A stretch of DNA of 64,000 nucleotides from Ostreococcus lucimarinus. Lineage: Eukaryota. Shown one piece after another: positions 36,607-46,128 of the stretch; within the stretch, counting starts at the first letter, position 1; the number at the start of each line of letters is the position of its first letter. The notes beneath the pieces are model-generated. The model had not been told where the DNA came from. It made no database searches and worked only from the letters and a program-made list of their open reading frames with translations. Position numbers and translations under genes: made by a program. The stretch lies in the NCBI GenBank assembly GCA_000092065.1, contig CP000581.1. One strand, 5' to 3'.

Positions 36607-38028
36607 TTGTTTAATTCGTATCAATCTCCCGAAAACGCCGAAAACGTCGCTGAACACCCACCGCACACCATGGACGATCGCACCGCGCTCCTCGGCGAAG
36701 AGCCCTCGACGCCGCGCGAGAAATCGCGCGGGAGTAGAATCATAGGCAAGGAGTTCGCGCGTTTCTTCGTCCTGGGCATATTCGTCGCCGTCGGCGTCTT
36801 CGTGAGCGCCGATTTCATCGCCAACATCCCGGCGCGGCGAGGCGCCGTGACGCGGCTCGGTCGGACGTGGACGTCCGCGGCCCCGCTCGCGCGTTGGGCG
36901 CACGTCGCGATCGAGGCGAACGTCGACGGGCGCAAGTTCGTCCCGGCGGTGGCCCATCGCGTGGTGGTGCTCGCGCTGTCGACCGGGGAGTCGCTCGCGC
37001 AGACTTACGAGTGGGCGTTGTCTTTGAAAGACGTCGGCGTGCGTAAATTCATGATTGGATGCGTCGACGACGCGTGTTTAAAGACGTTACAATCGCTGGA
37101 TGCGCCGGTGTTCGACGCGAGCGCGAGCGCGGAGAAATTTTCGCTCGACGGCGAGTCGCGCGAAGACGCGTGTCGGTGGGCTTCGCTCGAGAGCGCGAAG
37201 GAGCTTTTAAGCGAAGGGTACTCGGTGATCCTCGCGCAACCGACGATAAGATTTCGTAGGAATCCGATGGAAGTCGTCGCGGATTCGATTTCAAGACACG
37301 GGCGAAATAGCGTGTTCGCGATGCGAGGCGTGCACTCGAACGTCGTCACCGAGAAGGATTTGCGCGTTTGGACGGGTGGGACCTCGCTCGCAAGTCTTCG
37401 TGATGATTTCTTGATCTTCACCCCGGGCTCGCAGTCGTTGATTGATGATATGTTCACGAGTAGGGATGCGGACGTTCCCGCGGACGTTTTAGAGGCTGCG
37501 GGAGCGTCGAGCGATTTAGGATCGGCGGAACTCAGCTGGCGATCGAACGTTGCCTTCGTTCTCAACCACATCCTCAGCGTGAAGACGGGCTTGCGATGGA
37601 AATTAGCGAACGGGCAGGGTCCGGTCGATGCGGCGCCGTTCAAAACGAAACCGTACGAAGTCAGCGTCGACGCCGCGCTCTTGGGCAAAGATGGTTCGGT
37701 GCCAGGCACGACTGCGGAGTTAAGCGGCGTCGCGCGACTGAGCCACGACCGCGTCAAAGTCGTTCTCCTCGACACCGTCGTCGCCCGCGCGCACTGCAAC
37801 GACGCGTCGACGGATAACATGCCGAAGACGTACGTCGTCGGTTGCGATTTGGACGACGCCGCGCTCGCCGGCAGGCGCGTCGAAGTCGACCACCAGTGCA
37901 TGCTGATGAAAGGTTTGGAATCGCGCGTCGGCGGCCTCGGCATGTTCTCAGTTTTCGAGCACAAGGGTGAGAGTCCAATCTCGGATTCTCGCGGCTTCAT
38001 CGGCGCCCTCGACGCGTGCAGGCTTTAG
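36607..38028 (+). CDS. Type-II membrane nucleotide-diphospho-sugar transferase family protein (GT77-like glycosyltransferase)
   Basis: N-terminal signal-anchor (FFVLGIFVAVGVFVSADFIANI) and a luminal domain with …HRVVVLALSTGESLAQTYEWALSLKDVGVRKFMIGCVDDACLKTLQSL…GYSVILAQPTIRFRRNP…. Confidence 0.55.
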   Translation: MFNSYQSPENAENVAEHPPHTMDDRTALLGEEPSTPREKSRGSRIIGKEFARFFVLGIFVAVGVFVSADFIANIPARRGAVTRLGRTWTSAAPLARWAHVAIEANVDGRKFVPAVAHRVVVLALSTGESLAQTYEWALSLKDVGVRKFMIGCVDDACLKTLQSLDAPVFDASASAEKFSLDGESREDACRWASLESAKELLSEGYSVILAQPTIRFRRNPMEVVADSISRHGRNSVFAMRGVHSNVVTEKDLRVWTGGTSLASLRDDFLIFTPGSQSLIDDMFTSRDADVPADVLEAAGASSDLGSAELSWRSNVAFVLNHILSVKTGLRWKLANGQGPVDAAPFKTKPYEVSVDAALLGKDGSVPGTTAELSGVARLSHDRVKVVLLDTVVARAHCNDASTDNMPKTYVVGCDLDDAALAGRRVEVDHQCMLMKGLESRVGGLGMFSVFEHKGESPISDSRGFIGALDACRL

Positions 38029-38475
38029 AATTTAATGTAGTTTGCGTTCGCGCGACGACTGTAAAATAACATGTTTCTCTTCGTGCGCTCGAGTCGACGA
38101 CACACTGCGTGACGCGCGGAGTTTCATGCGCGGCGAGCGAGGGAAGACGCAGCAAGACCCGAGGACGGGGACGATCGAAGACGAGACCGCGCTCGACACG
38201 GGTGCGCGACGCGACGACGCGACGACGTTTCTCTGAATCGCTGCGTGAGAATCTCAATCAGCGTTTCCAACCGTGACTGACGCGCGCGCCTCGCGTGACG
38301 CACAGAGATAGAGCGAGTCGTCGGTGCGGAACGTTTTGACGCGGGACAGGGCGCGGTGCGGACGGATATCGGGTTCTTCGACGACTTTGACGACGATTTC
38401 GACGAGAGGGCGATTCGAGGGGACGTCGCCGTCGCCGCCGAAGAGAGACGAGACGGCGCGTCGTCCGAGTAAATC

Positions 38476-39450
38476 ATGGCGGCTCGCGAAGACGACGTGG
38501 CGGACGATAAGTCACTTTTAGTTGTACTCGTGGAGACGAACCCGCGGTACTGGGCGGCGAGCGAGGGGAAGGGAGACGGCACCGCGGCGGCGAACGGGTT
38601 GTCGAGCGTGCTCGAGGCCACGACGGTGTTTCTGAATAGTTTCTTTGCTTTGAATCAGCAAAATAGAGCGGCGGTGATCGCGGTGCACGACGATGGATGC
38701 CATTATCTGTATACGTCGCCGTTGGGTGGGGCCATCGACGACGAGGCCGAGGACGCGGAGGACGCGCGTTGGACGAACAAGGTGGGCGGCTTGGATCCGT
38801 TGCAAACGGAAGCGGGACCGACGATGTTGACGCGGTTAGGAGAGTTAAACGCTGGAGACGCTTCGGCAAGTGCGACGGGTAAGAAGCGTACGAAGACGGC
38901 GACCCCATCGTCGCGCGCGGCGATGTCGTCGCCTTTCGCCGGCGCGTTGAGTCTGGCGCTGTGTTACTGCAACCGCGCGCAAACGCTGGAAACCGCCGCC
39001 GGTTTACGAGTCAGACCGCGCATTCTGTGCTTACAAGCATCTCAAGACAATCCCACGGATTACATCTCGATGATGAACGCGATATTTTCGGCGCAACGAC
39101 AATCAATACCCATAGACGCGTTCGCGCTCGGCGAGCACGATTTGCCGTTTCTCCAACAAGCCGCGCACATCACTCGCGGCGCCTACGTAAAGCCCACGCA
39201 TGGCGCCGGTTTGCTTCAATACCTCCTCTCCACCGCCGCCCTGGACATGCGCAGTCGCTCTCACCTCAAGCTCCCCGCCGCGCGCGGCGTCGACTTTCGA
39301 GCCTCTTGTTTCTGCCACAAGCGTCCGGTGAGCGTCGGCTTCGTGTGCTCGGTGTGCCTCAGCATCTTTTGCGAACGTCGATCGTCGTGCGATACCTGCG
39401 GCGCCGACTTCGCCGCCGACGCCCAAGTCACGAGCGTTCCATCCGCGTAG
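38476..39450 (+). CDS. TFB4: General transcription factor IIH subunit p34 (Tfb4/GTF2H3)
   Basis: …LLVVLVETNPRYW…LSSVLEATTVFLNSFFALNQQNRAAVIAVH…, plus the C-terminal Cys zinc-ribbon …CFCHKRPVSVGFVCSVCLSIFCE…CDTCG…. Confidence 0.8.
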   Translation: MAAREDDVADDKSLLVVLVETNPRYWAASEGKGDGTAAANGLSSVLEATTVFLNSFFALNQQNRAAVIAVHDDGCHYLYTSPLGGAIDDEAEDAEDARWTNKVGGLDPLQTEAGPTMLTRLGELNAGDASASATGKKRTKTATPSSRAAMSSPFAGALSLALCYCNRAQTLETAAGLRVRPRILCLQASQDNPTDYISMMNAIFSAQRQSIPIDAFALGEHDLPFLQQAAHITRGAYVKPTHGAGLLQYLLSTAALDMRSRSHLKLPAARGVDFRASCFCHKRPVSVGFVCSVCLSIFCERRSSCDTCGADFAADAQVTSVPSA

Positions 39451-39744
39451 TTTAGTCACCGCCGTCCGCCGCGCGTGTAACGCGACGCGTCCAATCAATC
39501 CAATCCGTTCCGTTCCCATCCGCCGCGCGTGGCGCCGGACCGCCGGAGACGGTTAAAAACAGTTGCGCCCGAGAATCATCATTCATCGTCGTCCCGCACA
39601 CCACCGCGCCGGTCGCGCGTCCCATCGCGAATCGTCGCGCGCGCGCGAACTCCGCGCGCGCGCGCGCGCGTTCGTCTCGCCTCTCTCGCGCGCGCGCGCG
39701 TCGAAACGAACGACGCGTCGCGACGAATTTCAAACTTGGCGAAC

Positions 39745-40509
39745 ATGTCGCGCGTCGCCGCGACGATGCGAGCGCAGCGCGCGGGAAACGCGGGAAATCG
39801 ACGCCCCGCGGCGCGCAAACGCGCGGCGAAGCGCGGGGACGACGCGCGAAGCGTCGGGGCGCACGCGAACGCGGTCGCGCTGCCGACGAGCTTGGTCAAG
39901 GAAGCGACGGATGGAAAGCTGGAGCTCGCGAGCGACGAACGCGTGTTGGTCCTGGACGTCGGGTATCAGACGATCGATATCGTGCCGTGGCAGCGAGCGA
40001 TGGTGCTGCAGATGATGATGAAGGTGGACGTGATCAGTTACTACGACGGGCCTTGGGCGCTGAGCGCGGAGGAGGCGTATTACGTGCCGGCGGTGGTGCG
40101 CACGCGATCTTACAATAGGCACCAGAGTCACAAAACGCCTTTGATTTCGTTGCATAGAAAAAATATCTTCATCAGGGATGGGTTTCGGTGTCAGTACTGT
40201 GGGAAGGGTGAGAATCTCACCGTCGATCACGTGGTGCCGGCGTCGAAAGGTGGGCCCTGGGCGTGGGAGAATCTCGCCACGGCGTGCGCGAAGTGCAACA
40301 ACAAGAAGGGCGACAAAACGTTGTCACAAAGCGGGATGCGGCTTCGAACGACGCCCACGGCGCCGACGGTGGCGAACATGTGCATGTATACGCGCCATGG
40401 ACGGTTCGTAAATCCACCGGAAGAGTGGGTGCCGTACATACCAGTCAATCAAATCGTTCGCACGCACAAGGACAAGAAAATTTCAAATCCCGCCGCGCGA
40501 ACAAGGTGA
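39745..40509 (+). CDS. HNH endonuclease-domain protein (conserved plant/cyanobacterial type), with Arg-rich N-terminal extension
   Basis: HNH core …RDGFRCQYCGKGENLTVDHVVPASKGGPWAWENLATACAKCNNKKGDKT…. Confidence 0.75.
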   Translation: MSRVAATMRAQRAGNAGNRRPAARKRAAKRGDDARSVGAHANAVALPTSLVKEATDGKLELASDERVLVLDVGYQTIDIVPWQRAMVLQMMMKVDVISYYDGPWALSAEEAYYVPAVVRTRSYNRHQSHKTPLISLHRKNIFIRDGFRCQYCGKGENLTVDHVVPASKGGPWAWENLATACAKCNNKKGDKTLSQSGMRLRTTPTAPTVANMCMYTRHGRFVNPPEEWVPYIPVNQIVRTHKDKKISNPAARTR

Positions 40510-40600
40510 GCGCTCACGAATCGCCGCACGCTGTAATTACTAGTGTACGCTGCTCTCTGTTCAAATATGCAAGTTGTTATCAAATAATTATCACTTTCCT

Positions 40601-41557
40601 TCAACTTTTCGTCGTCATCAATCGTTCTAAGCGCGCGGCCTCGTCTTTGACGTTTACAGTCACCGTGCGCACGTCGCCGCTCAACTGCACCAGTCCAGGC
40701 TTGGCGCCGCGTGGTTTACTCACTTGCCGGCATCGCACTAGCGACACGGGCGCGCGCCCGACCTGATTGGCCTTACTATTCGCAGCCGCTAAAACCGCCG
40801 CGTCTATCATCGTTTCCTTCGGTAAATCGTCTCCGGTGTATCGAATGACGACGTGCGATCCCGGACACCCCGCCGCGTGCATCCACCAGTCTCTCGAGTC
40901 GCGACACTGCGGATCACAACTCACGCTATCGTTATCTGAGGACGTTCGCCCGACGCGTATATCAATCCCATCCACGCTGACGAACGTCCAGTACGGCATC
41001 CTCGGTTTATCCGACCTCGGCCCTTTCACCTTTGGCACTCGCGGCGGTCGCGCGGGCGGCGCGTCGTCCACGCGCAACGCCTTCGCGCGCTCGTACGCGT
41101 CATCGACGAACATCGGCGAATTCACGCTCTTACACCCACGCAATACGTCACTCAACGCATTTAAATCATTGAGCTCAGTCTTGCAACTCGTGAGATCGCT
41201 CGCGATCGCGTCGACGTCCGGACAGGCGGCTAACTCGGCTTCGCTCGCGTCCTCCTTTGCCATGAGCGCTTCCACCGTCTCTCGCGCCACGCGAAGTTTC
41301 GTCGTCGCCTTGCCCACCTTCTTCAGCGCGCGCTCGATGCGTCGCTGCGTTTCCTTGCGCATGCCGTCGAGGTTTATCTCATCCGCTGGCTTGAACGACG
41401 TGGATTCTTCCTCAGTTTGTCCCGAAGTCTCAGCCGCCCTGAGCGGGACGACGACTTTGCGAGCAAATTTACGCGTCAACGGCGCGCGGTGGTGCGTCGA
41501 GGAGGTGATACGCGCGCGTGTGTTCGCACATGGCGTCGCGAGGCGCGTCGCGAGCAT
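40601..41557 (-). CDS. NFACT-R_1 (DUF814) domain protein with an N-terminal targeting-like sequence and a coiled coil
   Basis: …PYWTFVSVDGIDIRVGRTSSDND…WWMHAAGCPGSHVVIRYTGD…, characteristic of DUF814/NFACT-R (CCDC25/Tae2 C-terminal domain). The longest ORF begins at 41659, overlapping the upstream gene's stop. Confidence 0.6.
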   Translation of the reverse strand: MLATRLATPCANTRARITSSTHHRAPLTRKFARKVVVPLRAAETSGQTEEESTSFKPADEINLDGMRKETQRRIERALKKVGKATTKLRVARETVEALMAKEDASEAELAACPDVDAIASDLTSCKTELNDLNALSDVLRGCKSVNSPMFVDDAYERAKALRVDDAPPARPPRVPKVKGPRSDKPRMPYWTFVSVDGIDIRVGRTSSDNDSVSCDPQCRDSRDWWMHAAGCPGSHVVIRYTGDDLPKETMIDAAVLAAANSKANQVGRAPVSLVRCRQVSKPRGAKPGLVQLSGDVRTVTVNVKDEAARLERLMTTKS

Positions 41558-41655
41558 CGCGCGCGTCGTGCGTCCGGCGCGCGGTGCGTTATGACGCCGC
41601 GGGACGCTCGGGCGGCGCTGCGCGGCGTCGGCCGCGCTCGATCCGTCTCCAAGAT

Positions 41656-43041
41656 TCATCCGACGAACCCGAAGTATTCTGGATCGTTTTGTATGAGTTT
41701 CGTGCGATTATTCAATCGATGTGTGTCGTCGTCGCTCTCGCACTCGTCATCTTTGCGAGCGTCGCGTAAGGCTTCTTCCACGACGGCGGATGTCGGCACT
41801 GGGCGCGGAGCGAGCGCCTTCATCGCTTCCTCCAAAGTGGCGTATTGCGGGAGTGGACGGATCCCGAGGAGTTCTGGCGTTCGTGCTTGTTTGTTCTTCA
41901 CCAACATATCGTCGTCAGCTCGCATGAGGGCGTACATGATCATGTCTCGCGTATCTGCCATCGCGTCTTCGACGACGAAACGCGAGGCGCCGGCGACGAC
42001 GTACGCGCGCGACGATTTGGCGTTCATCGAAGCCGCTTTGACGATGAGCTCGGCGTCGCGCGCGTCGATGCGCGAGGAGTGTTCACCGTATACAACTGCG
42101 AAATGGCACGACACAGTTTCGATCGATCTCCACACTGAGTCTTCGTCGTACTCGCAATAAAACTCAGGATCCATTCGCCAGCGCCATAGCGCCTCTGCGC
42201 CATCGTCGCGTCGCGAACCGCGCGTGATCGTGCAAAGCGCGCGCAAGCACACGTGTTTCAAGTTACGCCGCTCCGGGTCCACGTCACTTGTGGTGATAGA
42301 CGGCGATAACAATGCGTGTACCGCACCTACCGCGTCCTCAAACGCCGCTGCTTGCAATGGGTGGAATGCAAACGCGTCGATCGGAGCCAGCGGCGAACAT
42401 TCCACCAGCACCGTCGACGCGACCAGCCTCGGGTTCTTGTTTTCCACCATCGTCGCGACGATGCCACCCATACCGATTCCGACGATCGTCAACGGTCGAA
42501 CGTATAAATCGAGCTCGATGATGAAAGACTCGATGTCGTCGGCTAAATCGCTCGGCGAGTATCGCTTTTCGCGCGACCACGTCGTCTCGCCGTGTCCACG
42601 CAAATCGATCGTGTACGCCCGATACCCGCGCTCACTCAAAGACTTTGCGATACCACAATACACGTCTCCACACTCCCCGACGTCGTGCAAAACGAGCACG
42701 ACGCGATCATCGCCGCCGTACTCGCGATACCGCATCCGCATCCCAGTCCCGACGTCCGCGAACCGCGCCTTTGCCCCCGAACCCAACTCGCGCTCGTGCG
42801 CCTCCGCCGCCACCATCGCGCGCTCCAAACGCCTTGTGTCAGCGTGCGGCGCAGTCAACGCTCGCACGATCACCGCGCTCGTCGCCATCGCCGTCAACGC
42901 GCTCGTCGGCGCCTTCAGTCCGAATAACGCTTCGCACTCCGCCCTTCGTCGTTCAGTTCGCGCGCGTCGGTGCGACGGCGTCGGCTCCCACGTCTCGAGC
43001 GGGATCGCGTCGAGCGCGGCATCGATGTCGTCGAGATCCAT
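41656..43041 (-). CDS. Alpha/beta-hydrolase fold protein. The longest ORF extends to 43194, and the start is taken as the Met at 43041.
   Basis: …RVVLVLHDVGECGDVY…YRAYTIDLRGHGET…LTIVGIGMGGIVAT…, the nucleophile-elbow G-x-G-x-G context of the AB-hydrolase family. Confidence 0.65.
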   Translation of the reverse strand: MDLDDIDAALDAIPLETWEPTPSHRRARTERRRAECEALFGLKAPTSALTAMATSAVIVRALTAPHADTRRLERAMVAAEAHERELGSGAKARFADVGTGMRMRYREYGGDDRVVLVLHDVGECGDVYCGIAKSLSERGYRAYTIDLRGHGETTWSREKRYSPSDLADDIESFIIELDLYVRPLTIVGIGMGGIVATMVENKNPRLVASTVLVECSPLAPIDAFAFHPLQAAAFEDAVGAVHALLSPSITTSDVDPERRNLKHVCLRALCTITRGSRRDDGAEALWRWRMDPEFYCEYDEDSVWRSIETVSCHFAVVYGEHSSRIDARDAELIVKAASMNAKSSRAYVVAGASRFVVEDAMADTRDMIMYALMRADDDMLVKNKQARTPELLGIRPLPQYATLEEAMKALAPRPVPTSAVVEEALRDARKDDECESDDDTHRLNNRTKLIQNDPEYFGFVG

Positions 43042-43182
43042 CGCCGTTCGCCTCTCGCGCCGCGTCCGCGCGCGCGTCGTCGAGTGCGCCCGAGCGCGCG
43101 CGCGACTCGAGCGTTTATTAAAGTAACGCCTTTCGCGCGCGTCGAGCGAGTCAACGCCTGGCGCGCCAGTTTTAGTCGCGCG

Positions 43183-45219
43183 ATGTCGCGTCACGCGCGC
43201 AAGCGCGCGGCGAAACCGCCCGGGTCGAGCGCGAGCGCGAGCGTCGACGACGCGGGGAGCGCGCGACGGGTGTTCGACGACGACGGGCGCGAGGTGACGC
43301 CGCGACCGCTCGGCGGAAGATCAATCGGCGCGGAAGCGACGACGACGCGGGAACGCGCGGACGCGCGCGCGCCGAGACCGTCGCTCACGGCGTCGGTGAG
43401 CGCGTTCGAGACGGTTTTGAGCGAGACGAGCGAGACGACGAGCGCGGAGTGCGCGATAGGGCAAGATGCGCTCGCGCGTCGCGATCGAGGACGAGGAAGT
43501 CGAGGCGAACGCGAACGCGCGTCGACGATTGAGATTGTTCGCGCGGATGGATCTGAAAGCGAATCGTCGAGCGATGACGACGGCGATGCGCGCGCAAGAG
43601 ATTTGGCGTACTTGGCGAGGGTTGAAGATCGACGCGCGGCGCGCGTACGAGTGAACGACGCGAGCGCGCAAACGTTGGGCGCGCTGCGCTTCGACGCGCA
43701 CGCGTTGACCGAAAGAATCGAGCGGGAGGTGCGCGTGGTGCAAGCGGATGAGTTCGATTGTGATCGCGATGACGATGATAGTGTTAATGGCGCGTCGTCG
43801 TCGCGAGCGCCGGAGATTCGCGTGAACGTTTTACGCGCGATGGAATCCGCGCTGCGAGAACGCGAGCGATTGGAGTATTGCTTGAAGTATCGCGGTTTAC
43901 GTCCGAGCGACGACGACGCGAGCGCTCTGAGCGCGCTCACGATACTAACGTGCGAGCAAACGCGAGGGATGAACGTGTCGAGCGTGAAGTTAAATCCGGT
44001 ATGGGGAGACCTAGTGTGCGTCGCGTACGGCGAGTTTAGTTTTGCGGGGGCGAATCGGGAAACGCGTGAAAAGGGCGCGCTGGCTTTTTGGTCGATTAGA
44101 TCGGAAGCACCCCTGTGCGTCTTACGACTCGAAAGTGGTGTGATGTCCATAGATTGGTCGCGTCGCGATCCGAACTTACTCGCCGTGGGGTGTTACGACG
44201 GTGAAGTATTCGTTTACGACGTTGGAGAATTTGTGTCGCGCGATGGCTCGGCGACGACGAGCGATTCGACGACGATGACGACGACGACTCGACGTGGTCA
44301 AATCACGTCGAGCGAGCAAAGACACAGCGATCCGGTGTGGGCGGTCACGTGGGTTGCGGTGAAAGCAACCGATGGATTCGAAGACGAAGAGAATGTGGAT
44401 ACGGTAACCGCTCTGGTCTCGGCGTCGACGGATGGCAAAGTTATGCGATGGGATTTGCGCGATGGCTTGTACGGGACGGAGGTGCTCGCCGTGCGGTGGT
44501 CGCCGCCGGGTGTCGAGAACGATGGAGCCGTGAGCTCGAAGGCGAGTGAGACGCGCGGGGGGGATCTTGTTCAGCACAGCGGGGTGATGTGTCTGGACTT
44601 TTCGTCGGATGCAAAGTACTACGTCGTCGGAACGGAGGAAGGGAAAATCCACAAATGTTCCTTGTCGTACTCTGATCAATACTTGGCCTCGTACGCCTCA
44701 CACGTCGGTCCTGTGTACGCGATCAAGTTCAATCCGTTCCACGAACGCGTTTTCGTGACGTGCTCTGCGGATTGGACGGTGCGCGTTTTTCTCGATGATA
44801 CTCAAAGAGACGACGACGCATTTGCGTCCATCGACGAGGCATCATCACGATTGAAAGCATCGAGCCTGATTCAGCCTCGCGTTGTGATCGAGTACAGCCA
44901 ACAGCCCATCAATGCCGTGGACTGGAGCCCATGGTGCGCGACAGAATTCGCACTGGTGACGGACGCCGGGACGATCGAGATTTGGGATTTGGCATCCTCC
45001 TCGGTGGTGCCAAAACATGAACTTTCAATCACAGACGATAAAACAGCCGCGGTGAGCGTGACATACGCGCATGACGCGCCAGTCATTCTCGTCGGTTGCG
45101 CATCAGGATCGACGCACGTGTTGCGCATGAAATGGCGAGACCCTACGGAAGGCATCGCTGCTAAAGAGACTCAACGCGAGCGCCTTGAAGAGGTTTTAGG
45201 CACGTCGATAAAATCGTGA
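43183..45219 (+). CDS. WD40-repeat protein resembling dynein intermediate chains (axonemal/IFT dynein IC-like)
   Basis: Acidic N-terminal region then a 7-blade WD40 domain (…LLAVGCYDGEVFVYDV…, …SDPVWAVTWV…, …LVSASTDGKVMRWDL…, …YYVVGTEEGKIHKCS…, …VFVTCSADWTVRVF…, …FALVTDAGTIEIWDL…). Domain order is like the IC70/IC78/WDR34/WDR78 class. Confidence 0.6.
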   Translation: MSRHARKRAAKPPGSSASASVDDAGSARRVFDDDGREVTPRPLGGRSIGAEATTTRERADARAPRPSLTASVSAFETVLSETSETTSAECAIGQDALARRDRGRGSRGERERASTIEIVRADGSESESSSDDDGDARARDLAYLARVEDRRAARVRVNDASAQTLGALRFDAHALTERIEREVRVVQADEFDCDRDDDDSVNGASSSRAPEIRVNVLRAMESALRERERLEYCLKYRGLRPSDDDASALSALTILTCEQTRGMNVSSVKLNPVWGDLVCVAYGEFSFAGANRETREKGALAFWSIRSEAPLCVLRLESGVMSIDWSRRDPNLLAVGCYDGEVFVYDVGEFVSRDGSATTSDSTTMTTTTRRGQITSSEQRHSDPVWAVTWVAVKATDGFEDEENVDTVTALVSASTDGKVMRWDLRDGLYGTEVLAVRWSPPGVENDGAVSSKASETRGGDLVQHSGVMCLDFSSDAKYYVVGTEEGKIHKCSLSYSDQYLASYASHVGPVYAIKFNPFHERVFVTCSADWTVRVFLDDTQRDDDAFASIDEASSRLKASSLIQPRVVIEYSQQPINAVDWSPWCATEFALVTDAGTIEIWDLASSSVVPKHELSITDDKTAAVSVTYAHDAPVILVGCASGSTHVLRMKWRDPTEGIAAKETQRERLEEVLGTSIKS

Positions 45220-45300
45220 TGAAATAAGACACATAAGGCAACATTACAGCGCAGTTCTATAAGAGAACCAGGTTAAACTACTCTAAAGTAAAAACGAAGA

Positions 45301-45999
45301 CTATTCTCCGGAAACCGGAGACGTCTCCGCGGGTCGGGTTTCGATGACTTCATCAATGAGTCCAAACTCCTTAGCGTCTTCAGGAGTCATGAACGTATCA
45401 CGCTCCAGAGTCACGCCGATCGAGTCGAAATTTTGCTTGGTATGTTTCATGTAAATCTGAACGAGCTTCTGGCGAACGTTCAATATCTCTTGCGCGTGAA
45501 TGGCGATATCGCTCGCCTGCCCCGAGGCCCCTCCGCTCGGTTGATGCAACATCACGCGCGAATGCGGTAAACTTCTCCTTTGACCCGGTTCGCCCGCCGC
45601 GAGCAACAGCGACCCCATACTACTCGCCTGTCCCACGCACAGCGTGTGTATGGGCGGCGACACGTACTGCATGGTGTCATAAATCCCCAATCCAGCCGTC
45701 ACGCTTCCTCCCGGGGAGTTGATGTACATCCAAATCGGCTGCGTCGGGCTCACGCTCTCGAGAAACAGCAGCTGCGCCACCGTGAGCGAGGACACGTTGT
45801 CGTCGATCGGTCCGTTCACGAAAACGATGCGCTCTTTGAGCAGGCGCGAGTAGATGTCGAACACGCGCTCGCCACGGTTCGTTTGCTCGAGCACCATCGG
45901 CACGAGGGCGTACGTTCGCGGGTGCGCGATGCGCGATGGGTGCGAAGACGTGCGCGATATGAGCGCGCGAGAAGCACCACGAAGCGCGTTTCGAAACAT
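45301..45999 (-). CDS. clpP: ATP-dependent Clp protease proteolytic subunit ClpP (organellar)
   Basis: …[26 protein letters not shown]…[22 protein letters not shown]…[18 protein letters not shown]…MLHQPSGG…, a ClpP catalytic Ser/His/Asp context. N-terminal presequence-like region. Confidence 0.9.
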   Translation of the reverse strand: MFRNALRGASRALISRTSSHPSRIAHPRTYALVPMVLEQTNRGERVFDIYSRLLKERIVFVNGPIDDNVSSLTVAQLLFLESVSPTQPIWMYINSPGGSVTAGLGIYDTMQYVSPPIHTLCVGQASSMGSLLLAAGEPGQRRSLPHSRVMLHQPSGGASGQASDIAIHAQEILNVRQKLVQIYMKHTKQNFDSIGVTLERDTFMTPEDAKEFGLIDEVIETRPAETSPVSGE

Positions 46000-46128
46000 C
46001 GTGGCTTCTGAGCGCGCGCGCGACGGAGGTGAGCGCGCGGGTGTACGGATTGATTAATTGGCTCGCATAACTGTTTTGAACTGCCGCGCGGCGAAATATC
46101 TCAACACATTAAATTAAAATACTACGGG

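Noticed and set aside
41656-41659. Prokaryote-like ATGA start/stop overlap between the hydrolase gene stop and the NFACT-R ORF start
   Set aside because: This is a eukaryotic locus. The NFACT-R protein more plausibly initiates at the downstream Met (41557), which begins a transit-peptide-like sequence. The overlap is an ORF-extension artefact.
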